Virus genome (UHGV): UHGV-1351569
Strand: one strand, 5' to 3'
DNA length: 64,000 bases
Source: a virus
Made by a program: the position numbers and the translations under genes. The notes beneath the pieces were generated by a model that was not told where the DNA came from, ran no database searches, and saw only the letters and a program-made list of their open reading frames with translations. Position 1 is the first letter of the stretch; every line of letters begins with the position of its first letter. Below are positions 53,425 to 64,000 of this stretch, piece by piece.

Positions 53425-54990
53425 TTAGATACCTTTAACATATACACGGCGGAAGTAAGCGTTTTTACCAAGGCTATTCAGAATAGAAGGCATACCGCTC
53501 TGGATGCGAGAAGCCGGAGCCTGAGCAGCGGATTCTGCAAATGGGTTGATACCGATACCGTAACGAGTTTTGAATCCCATTACTGGTTGGAAGTTCTTCG
53601 GATCGGAACCACGCAGCGGAGTCAGAGCTACATATGGAGCGTAGTAAATACCAGCATCCATTTCGTTCGGACCTTTATAACCTACAGTGAAATAATCCTG
53701 TTTAGCATACTGGTCGATATATACACGGTATTTACCACCCAGAACACCAGCAAATACTGACTTGGTAGTATCAGTGTTAAAGCCGGTAGCCAGACCTTGT
53801 GCAGCATAAGAAATGCCAGTATCAACTGAAGCCAGAACGTTAACTACGTTACGGGAAGCGATAATGAAGTTACCTTCACCGCGACCGGTTTGACGAGCAA
53901 TTTCAACTGCTTCTTTGTCAATCTGGAACAACAGAGCTTTAAAGGATTCACCCGCCCAGCGAGCACCACGAATATCAATCGGATCCTGGAAGTCAAATAC
54001 ACCAGCTTTAGAACCCGGAGTCAGGGTCATACCAGATTTACCAACCTGAGCGGAGTAGTTAATCCAATCAACAACTTCACGGTTGATTTCCAACATGATT
54101 TCTGTAGCCAGAATACCAGACAGTTCAGCATCAGCATCCATACCGTGAACAGCGCGGAGGTCCTGTGCTAATTCGATAGAGTAAGCAGCTTTCAGCTGAC
54201 GAGATTTAGCTTCGATAACTTGTTTATCGATACGGAAGCCCATTTCATTCCATGGGTTATCGGTAGAACCGTTGAAACTTTCCTGAAGTTCAGCGATAGA
54301 AGTAGCCATACCTTCAGCGATTTCTACCAGTACACCAGCTTCCATTTGTTTCTTAATTTCAGCATCTAATTTAGCTGCGTCAGTTGCACTAGTATCAATT
54401 TGCTTAACTTCTGTAGCTTGCAGATACACAGTACCAGTGTCCTGGAAGAAGTGGGTGTAAATAGTTCCAACTTCAAGAGTATCACTTGCTTTCAAAGCAG
54501 CGAATTTCTTAGCAGCACCCTGACCAGAGAACATTGCATCTGGACCATACATTGGGTGGAATGCTTCTTTAGCACCGGCAGCGATTGGGTCTTTACCATA
54601 TACTGCGCGCAGTGCGAATACCTGACCGGTCGGGCTGTTCATCGGCTGAACACCGCAAATATCGAAAGCAATCAGGTTAGGAATAGCACGACGTACCATA
54701 CCCATAACAGCTGGGCCAATCTGAGTTACTGCGCCAGAAGTCTGACCAGCAGCGATGTTAGTAGCGTTGTAACCGTGGTCACCACCGATTTCAGCTTCTG
54801 TTAAGAAAGAACCGAATGCCTGAGCAATTTTTTCGTCTTTGTACTCTGGAGCTGTCTGGAAATCTTTTTCCTGGTTTTCAAAGATTTTAGCGATAATCGC
54901 TTGTTTGCTATTAGCAATTTCCGGTAAACCTTCACCTTCCAGTAATGGCTTCCATTTGTTCAAAAGTTCAGCTTTAGTTTTGATAGTCAT
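53425..54990 (-). CDS. 23: major capsid protein gp23
   Basis: 521 aa MTIKTKAELLNKWKPLLEGEGLPEIANSKQAIIAKIFENQ... Confidence 0.97.
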   Translation of the reverse strand: MTIKTKAELLNKWKPLLEGEGLPEIANSKQAIIAKIFENQEKDFQTAPEYKDEKIAQAFGSFLTEAEIGGDHGYNATNIAAGQTSGAVTQIGPAVMGMVRRAIPNLIAFDICGVQPMNSPTGQVFALRAVYGKDPIAAGAKEAFHPMYGPDAMFSGQGAAKKFAALKASDTLEVGTIYTHFFQDTGTVYLQATEVKQIDTSATDAAKLDAEIKKQMEAGVLVEIAEGMATSIAELQESFNGSTDNPWNEMGFRIDKQVIEAKSRQLKAAYSIELAQDLRAVHGMDADAELSGILATEIMLEINREVVDWINYSAQVGKSGMTLTPGSKAGVFDFQDPIDIRGARWAGESFKALLFQIDKEAVEIARQTGRGEGNFIIASRNVVNVLASVDTGISYAAQGLATGFNTDTTKSVFAGVLGGKYRVYIDQYAKQDYFTVGYKGPNEMDAGIYYAPYVALTPLRGSDPKNFQPVMGFKTRYGIGINPFAESAAQAPASRIQSGMPSILNSLGKNAYFRRVYVKGI

Positions 54991-55008
54991 TTGTGTTAAC
55001 CTTTAAAA

Positions 55009-55818
55009 TTAGAAACGAGATGCGACTTTCGCATATACACTTACAATATCTTCTGCACCAGGTGCAGCTTTATCTTCTACAGCTTCAGTGACGAAATTCA
55101 GTCCGGCTGCTTCAGTATCAGGAGTATTTATACCCTCAGTAATAGTGCTTTCATCTTTATTAGACTTCTTCACCATTTCTACGATGGCACTCAATTTATT
55201 TGAGAATTCATCTGAATAATCCATACCTTCGACCAGAGCAGAGACTTTTTCTTTTTGAGACTCAGTCAGATCTTTAGTACTTTCGCTCAATGCCACTTCA
55301 CGCTGCACATAATTGATATATGCGTCACGCTTATTGAGTTCTTCGAACAGACGAGCTGATTCTTCTTTATGTTCTTGCAGCTCTTCTTCCATTTCAGCTA
55401 CAACATCAACTGATTCTTCTGGAACAACAACGTTGTGTTCAACAAAGAGCTCTTTTAATCCACCAAGCATGGATTCAAACAGTTCGGCTTTGATGCCTTT
55501 ATCAACTGCTAATTTATTTTCAGCGAGCCATTCTTTCGCAAGATGGTCGATGAATTTAGAAGCTTGCTCAGCGATTTTCTTCTCAGCTTTTTCTTCGGCT
55601 TCTTCTTTATTTTTTTCTACTTCTTCTTCTGCTTTTTCAGCAATTTTAGCGATATGGGATTCAGCTAATTTAACGGCGTGCTGCTTGACGGTAGCTTCGA
55701 ATACAGTGCCGAAAGTTTCTTTTGCTTCCGGAGAAATATTAACTGATTCGAAAATACTATCAAGAGCAACGGAAGCATCAATTTTTTGCGCTTCAGCAAT
55801 CAGTTGTTCTTTAAGCAT
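55009..55818 (-). CDS. 22: prohead core scaffold protein gp22
   Basis: 269 aa, Glu/Lys/Ala-rich coiled-coil composition. Confidence 0.93.
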   Translation of the reverse strand: MLKEQLIAEAQKIDASVALDSIFESVNISPEAKETFGTVFEATVKQHAVKLAESHIAKIAEKAEEEVEKNKEEAEEKAEKKIAEQASKFIDHLAKEWLAENKLAVDKGIKAELFESMLGGLKELFVEHNVVVPEESVDVVAEMEEELQEHKEESARLFEELNKRDAYINYVQREVALSESTKDLTESQKEKVSALVEGMDYSDEFSNKLSAIVEMVKKSNKDESTITEGINTPDTEAAGLNFVTEAVEDKAAPGAEDIVSVYAKVASRF

Positions 55819-55845
55819 TTTGTAGTCCTGTTGTTTAGATAATAA

Positions 55846-55853
55846 TATTTATA
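55846..55853 (-). promoter_or_regulatory. late promoter TATAAATA for gene 22
   Basis: Plus-strand TATTTATA about 28 nt upstream of the gene 22 ATG. Confidence 0.65.
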
Positions 55854-56487
55854 ACGCTTTTTTCATGGCCTCTGCGAGAGCCATATAGGCGTCATCGGCA
55901 CTTGTATCGGCTTCCGCCGTCTGTGATTCGGTAATTTCCTTAGGAGTTACCCATGCATCTGGAGCACTTGGACCCCATACTGCATCAACACCTACAGTTA
56001 ATTTGAATCCTTCGTTTACGATACGATAACCTTTATTTGTGTCAGTCAATGAACCTAATCCACGAGAAGAAACTCCTGGAATCCATCCGGCACGAATATT
56101 AGCTGCTAATTTATCTCCAGGACCATGGTCACCTTCAATAACACGAGCTCGTCCGTATACGTCATTTCCTTTCCACCACATATCTTCTATAATGATAGCG
56201 GCTTGCATCGGGTCAACATTAGCGCGTGGAGGATGATTTAATTCTCCGAGAGCTTGTTTAGTTAAAACTTGCTCATTAATATAGTCTTTTACCGCTTTTT
56301 CTAATATGCGTTTTGGATAAAGACGTTTATTTCTATTGACGACTTCCGCCTGCATGAATATTCCTTCGATGTATAAACCAGGTTTTAAACCTAAGTCTTT
56401 TCCATCGTGGGATTCAAGCATTGGCACACCATCAATAATTTCGCCAGGTTGACCCCAAGTTTCAATTAGTAATTGGGGTTCATTCAT
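55849..56487 (-). CDS. 21: prohead core protease gp21
   Basis: 212 aa [33 protein letters not shown]... Confidence 0.95.
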   Translation of the reverse strand: MNEPQLLIETWGQPGEIIDGVPMLESHDGKDLGLKPGLYIEGIFMQAEVVNRNKRLYPKRILEKAVKDYINEQVLTKQALGELNHPPRANVDPMQAAIIIEDMWWKGNDVYGRARVIEGDHGPGDKLAANIRAGWIPGVSSRGLGSLTDTNKGYRIVNEGFKLTVGVDAVWGPSAPDAWVTPKEITESQTAEADTSADDAYMALAEAMKKAL

Positions 56488-56912
56488 TAGCTTAATCCTA
56501 ATGCTTTACGGCGTTTAAGAGCTTTTTTACGCTTACGCTGAGCACGAGATTGACCTGCTGGATTGGCAATCTTCGTTTTGGTAGCTTTGCGAGCAATTTG
56601 TCTACGTTTTGCTTTAGACAGCCCAGTGGTTTGAAATGCATTACGTTCGCGTGTTTTGCGGTCTTTAGTACGTGTAATTTCACCACGGGCTGAAACATGC
56701 TTAACAATGAATTCATTTAACGGCATATTTTCATTAATAGAAGCTAATGCAACTGCTAAATCAGTTTCATCATCAAGCATATTCTCGACAATTGTATTTA
56801 TATCGTCTTTATTTAAAGCAGAAGACAATTCGTCAAAGCGACCCTGCGCTTCAGGAATAAGTGCTTCGACATTCTCGAGAACTAATTCATGAGTTTCAGG
56901 GATCAGAAGCAT
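56487..56912 (-). CDS. 68: prohead core protein gp68
   Basis: 141 aa; basic C-terminus. Confidence 0.85.
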
Positions 56913-57159
56913 TATTCATCATCCTCGTCTTCGTCATCTTCGTCAGAGTCTTTGTCTTTTTTGTCGTCTTTATCGTCACTATCTTCGTCTTCGTCATCAT
57001 CCTCGTCTTCAGGTTCTTCACCTTCGATTAAGAAATTACGAGCGATAGCGATTTTTTCTTCTTTAATTAAATCAATCGTTCTTGCAGCCATGGCTTCAGC
57101 AAATAATTTACGAGCGGCTACGAGGTCGTTTGATTTAATAGCTTCAATTAAACCTTCCA

Positions 57160-57160
<1 letters not shown>
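56912..57160 (-). CDS. 67: prohead core protein gp67
   Basis: 82 aa with a long Asp/Glu-rich C-terminal tail. Confidence 0.85.
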
Positions 57161-58785
<1,625 letters not shown>

Positions 58786-58817
58786 TTAAGCAGGATGGGG
58801 ATTTCTCCCCATTCATT

Positions 58818-59309
58818 TTATTCCCAATAATCGAGAGCGAGAGTTACTTCAAAGGTTTGGATTTCATTGTTTGAATCCCAATCTAATTGAAGTTCACCCA
58901 CGTTAGTAGGCCACAGGCCTTTAATTTCGACTTCTTTTGTTACAGTTTTAGCGTCACGAGCATATTGGCGTACAATAGCGCTCTTTTTATACTCTGCTGG
59001 TTTTCCACCAGTAATTTCGTTTCCTTGCCCAGCAGCAATGCTTTGCCAGTCAACAAACTTCTGGCGTGCATCATGCGCCTCATCATTCATTACTGTAATA
59101 GTCCAGTCATCGAATGTACGATCGCCTGCTACGTTAATTTTACGGTTCATAAATCCGACTGGAATTTTTTCTACAATACCAGCTGGTAAAGCAGTGGCTT
59201 TACATTGAAACGTAAAATTTTGTCCAAGATAAGAAATTTCTACTTGGAATAAGTTAGGTCGAGCAAAATCACCAGATTCAAACGCTCGTGTTACATCATC
59301 TACAAACAT
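58818..59309 (-). CDS. 19: tail tube protein gp19
   Basis: 163 aa MFVDDVTRAFESGDFARPNLFQVEISYLGQNF... Confidence 0.95.
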   Translation of the reverse strand: MFVDDVTRAFESGDFARPNLFQVEISYLGQNFTFQCKATALPAGIVEKIPVGFMNRKINVAGDRTFDDWTITVMNDEAHDARQKFVDWQSIAAGQGNEITGGKPAEYKKSAIVRQYARDAKTVTKEVEIKGLWPTNVGELQLDWDSNNEIQTFEVTLALDYWE

Positions 59310-59323
59310 ATTAGCCTCTGTAG

Positions 59324-59331
59324 TATTTATA
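59324..59331 (-). promoter_or_regulatory. late promoter TATAAATA, proximal to gene 19
   Basis: Plus-strand TATTTATA 14 nt upstream of the gene 19 ATG; SD GAGG between. Confidence 0.55.
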
Positions 59332-59382
59332 TCCCTATGTTTAACCTAGGGCATATAGAATTAAAGAATTAAGGATATAGTG

Positions 59383-59390
59383 TATTTATA
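59383..59390 (-). promoter_or_regulatory. second late promoter TATAAATA, distal, after HNH gene
   Basis: Plus-strand TATTTATA; adjacent hairpin GGCCTG-ccgaaa-CAGGCC (59391-59408). Confidence 0.5.
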
Positions 59391-59416
59391 TGGCCTGCCG
59401 AAACAGGCCTTTAGAA

Positions 59417-60022
59417 TCATTCTAGTAAATCCCAAAGATCTACGCTATTTCTTTTTGACTTTTCTCGATTAGATTCCCAAGTGATTATTTCTAAATTTTT
59501 TACGCTTGCTATAATTTCCGGCGGAATTAAATTATCAAATCCATATTTGATAGATACTTTATGATCGAGTTGGTAAGCACCTTCTACGCCACACACTCCT
59601 ATTTTATCAGCATTCGGCCATTTTGACCAGATTTTTCTTATTTTAGCTGACTTAGTTATAGAATGAACTCTACTAGCATATAATGCAAACTCTTTTCTTT
59701 TACCAGTCCATCGAGGATGTTTATCACCTCTTTGCCATGGTCTACTTATTCCAGATTGAACTTCCGAATTTTTAATAGCAACTTGTTTAATGCTACATTT
59801 TCTACATGCATGCGTGGGTGTTCTATTTAAAAGCTGAATACTTCTACTAAATTTAATACCACACAAATCACATTTAGCGTCAACTATTTTATTACTATTC
59901 TTTGGCATTAATTCTATTGGAACAGATACTGTATCATGATATGATACTTTATATCCCAGAATTGTCGACCACATTTTTGAATGATTTCTTGGTTTTATTG
60001 TAACAAACTTAGAAATAATCAC
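59417..60022 (-). CDS. HNH endonuclease with N-terminal Cys-pair zinc ribbon, inserted between genes 18 and 19
   Basis: Track ORF 59417..60061; C-terminal VCGVEGAYQLDHKVSIKYGFDN...NLEIITWESNREKSK (HNH) and CDLCG...HACRKCS. Start set at GTG 60022 (SD GAGGAAA 6 nt upstream); ATG 59974 is an alternative. Confidence 0.6.
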   Translation of the reverse strand: MIISKFVTIKPRNHSKMWSTILGYKVSYHDTVSVPIELMPKNSNKIVDAKCDLCGIKFSRSIQLLNRTPTHACRKCSIKQVAIKNSEVQSGISRPWQRGDKHPRWTGKRKEFALYASRVHSITKSAKIRKIWSKWPNADKIGVCGVEGAYQLDHKVSIKYGFDNLIPPEIIASVKNLEIITWESNREKSKRNSVDLWDLLE

Positions 60023-60061
60023 TTGTTTCCTCGAGAATAGGGGCCGAAGCCCCATAATCAA

Positions 60062-62041
60062 TTAACCTGCAAGACCAGTTAACTCATCAAAATCTGCACC
60101 AGTAGCAGTTGCGACGAAATTAAGTTGGATATAATTTATACTACGAGCCGGTTGGATGTAGAATGTTGCAACAAACTCATTTCTATCAATTACTGACGGA
60201 GTGTTATTTGTTGTATCGCAAACTACACGATATTCATAAATTCCACCGAGAGCTTTAATTCCCTGTAAGTATTGGGCAGTTTCTGTGCGGAATGATGAAC
60301 GAGTAAACGCGTTGTTTAATTCGAACAAACGATATTTTGAACTACGTCCGATATTCGTTTTCAACATATTAAACAGACGACGAACGTTAATACGATCAAA
60401 TGGAGAAGGAACAGAAGTAGCTGTTTTATCACCATATAATACGTAACCATCACCACCTGTACCAGTTACTGGGTTGATAGCTTCTTGGTATAAACGGTCG
60501 CGCTGAGCTTGGCGAGTTTCAATAGCAAGTTTAATAACGTTAAGAATCTGACCACGATTATAACCAGCTGGAGACATCCAAGTCTGAGAAACGTTATCGG
60601 TTCTTGCACATAAACCGGCAATATCAGCTGCTAATGGAACCCAGCGATTTACATCATTATATTTGTCATACTGATATTTGTAGTTACCATCAATTGCTGC
60701 ATAGGTTGAACTGATATTAAAGTTATTATCAGTGTATGAACCTGTTGCGGTTCTCCAATTGACTAAGTTGTCAACAGCGCGAGTTACAGGAATTCCAACT
60801 ACAGTTTCGCGCGGTGGTGAGCACAATACTAAGCAATCTTGGCGAGCATCCCCAATTGAAACGACGTGTTTTTGGACAGTAGATGCTGTTTCTAAAGATT
60901 CACCGGCACAAGAACCCGCAATAAACAACTGAACGTCAACAGATTCACGGTCAGCAAAGAAGTCCCAAGCTTCCATCAAATCTCCTGCTGTTACTTCAGC
61001 ATTTGATGATAATCCACCAGACAGAGTTAAAATTCCAGAGAAGCCTTCTGGCCAGTTTTGTGCAGTTGCAAAAATATATTCTGAACCACCTTTTGCGAAA
61101 AAGTCATCAATATAGATGTTACTATCGTAAATATCTTTTTCACCGCGCTTTGTTGAAAGAACAACGCTTTGAACAATAGCATCATTACGACGAACTATAA
61201 TAGCGTATTGTGAATCAGTTTGTGGTCCATATCCAAACACTGCCTTGGCAGTAGATGCGCGTGTTCCGCCACCCGGATAAATTGGGAGTAATGCAGAAGC
61301 CCCTTTTGCGTAGTCAGCTTTAGATACGATTTCGATTTCGATTTTATCGCCCAACTCGCCTGGATAAAGAGCTACTACTCCTGGAATTCCATATTTTTCG
61401 AGATTTGCCTGAAAGTCAACCGCTGTCATAGCAGCTTCGGCATTTTCAATTTCAGCTAATAAAATACCAGAATCAGTAATAATTTTTCCAAGAGTTATTA
61501 CTGCAGCTAAACCAGAGGAAGACGAAGAAATTTCCGCGGTCCAGTTAGAACCTAATGCTGGATATTCACCGACTTCTTTCGCTTTAGCGATAATTTTTGC
61601 GGTAGGAATATTAATTTTCTTAATTTTTCCATCAGCATCTACTTCGGTAATTTTACCCTCTGTTTCAACATTTTCTGAAACATACTTAACCGTGATTTTA
61701 TCTCCAACCGCGTAGTTACTACCTGGGGCTGAAATAGTGTATTCAATATTACCAGCAATCGGAGATGAGTTTTTAGCGGTATCTCTATCGACAGCACGCA
61801 CAACTCGCAAATCATTTCCATATTGTAAGAAATTCATTGCAGACATAAAATAATCAGCAGTTTCAGCTGTAGGTTGACCAAAAGTATTAACTAAATCTAC
61901 TTCATTTGTAACCTGTTTAATCTGAAAAGCAGGACCCCACTGGAATTTACCGGCCAAAGCTGCTGTACCAGTAGAGTTATTAACAACGGTGCTTTGAACC
62001 GTAGTTTCTTTGAGCTCAATGCCCGGAGATAATAAAGTCAT
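60062..62041 (-). CDS. 18: tail sheath protein gp18
   Basis: 659 aa (T4 gp18 length) MTLLSPGIELKETTVQSTVVNNSTGTAALAGKFQWGP... Confidence 0.97.
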   Translation of the reverse strand: MTLLSPGIELKETTVQSTVVNNSTGTAALAGKFQWGPAFQIKQVTNEVDLVNTFGQPTAETADYFMSAMNFLQYGNDLRVVRAVDRDTAKNSSPIAGNIEYTISAPGSNYAVGDKITVKYVSENVETEGKITEVDADGKIKKINIPTAKIIAKAKEVGEYPALGSNWTAEISSSSSGLAAVITLGKIITDSGILLAEIENAEAAMTAVDFQANLEKYGIPGVVALYPGELGDKIEIEIVSKADYAKGASALLPIYPGGGTRASTAKAVFGYGPQTDSQYAIIVRRNDAIVQSVVLSTKRGEKDIYDSNIYIDDFFAKGGSEYIFATAQNWPEGFSGILTLSGGLSSNAEVTAGDLMEAWDFFADRESVDVQLFIAGSCAGESLETASTVQKHVVSIGDARQDCLVLCSPPRETVVGIPVTRAVDNLVNWRTATGSYTDNNFNISSTYAAIDGNYKYQYDKYNDVNRWVPLAADIAGLCARTDNVSQTWMSPAGYNRGQILNVIKLAIETRQAQRDRLYQEAINPVTGTGGDGYVLYGDKTATSVPSPFDRINVRRLFNMLKTNIGRSSKYRLFELNNAFTRSSFRTETAQYLQGIKALGGIYEYRVVCDTTNNTPSVIDRNEFVATFYIQPARSINYIQLNFVATATGADFDELTGLAG

Positions 62042-62069
62042 TTTTAATCCTCTTTAATATGCTTTAATA

Positions 62070-64000
<1,931 letters not shown>

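Noticed and set aside
55313-55825. 170 aa plus-strand Ser-rich ORF opposite gene 22
   Set aside because: Mirror image of the Glu/Lys/Ala-rich scaffold gene; an antisense artefact of biased codon composition.
60023-60061. N-terminal extension of the HNH ORF to a TTG at the gene 18 stop
   Set aside because: The extension would translate through the GGGGC-ttcg-GCCCC hairpin and lacks a Shine-Dalgarno; the GTG at 60022 has a GAGGAAA site upstream.

Overview
This window is a contiguous segment of a T4-like (T-even) myovirus genome, shown in reverse orientation to the conventional T4 map. Gene calls rest on the supplied ORF translations compared with T4 protein sequences and gene order recalled from memory; no database search was run. 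Layout: the 5' part of long tail fibre gene 37 (running off the window start), then 36-35-34 on the minus strand; a ~29 kb plus-strand early/middle block (rnh, dsbA, 33, 59, 32, frd, td, nrdA, an HNH mobE-like gene, nrdB, denA, rnlA/63, alc, spanins, pseT, cd, 31, rIII, a cluster of small ORFs, DNA ligase 30, two tandem alt-like ADP-ribosyltransferase genes); minus-strand baseplate genes 54-48-29-28-27-51; plus-strand 26-25, a Seg-like ORF and uvsY; minus-strand uvsW.1, an HNH gene and uvsW; plus-strand inh, hoc and rnlB; then minus-strand 24-23-22-21-68-67-20-19, another HNH gene, 18, 17 and the 3' end of 16. It is not T4 itself: td and nrdB are uninterrupted, 59 abuts 32 with no segG, and there are extra endonuclease genes. 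I found no tRNA, rRNA, CRISPR array, integrase or transposase. Regulatory signals follow T4 patterns: GTTTAC...TATAAT early promoters, MotA-box middle promoters, TATAAATA late promoters, the gene 32 pseudoknot operator and GC-rich tetraloop terminators. No clearly new multi-gene system is evident. The most unusual loci are the intact tandem alt paralog with an adjacent small ORF, three HNH and one Seg-like endonuclease insertions, an inserted ORF between frd and td, and NADAR-like and Cys-motif proteins.
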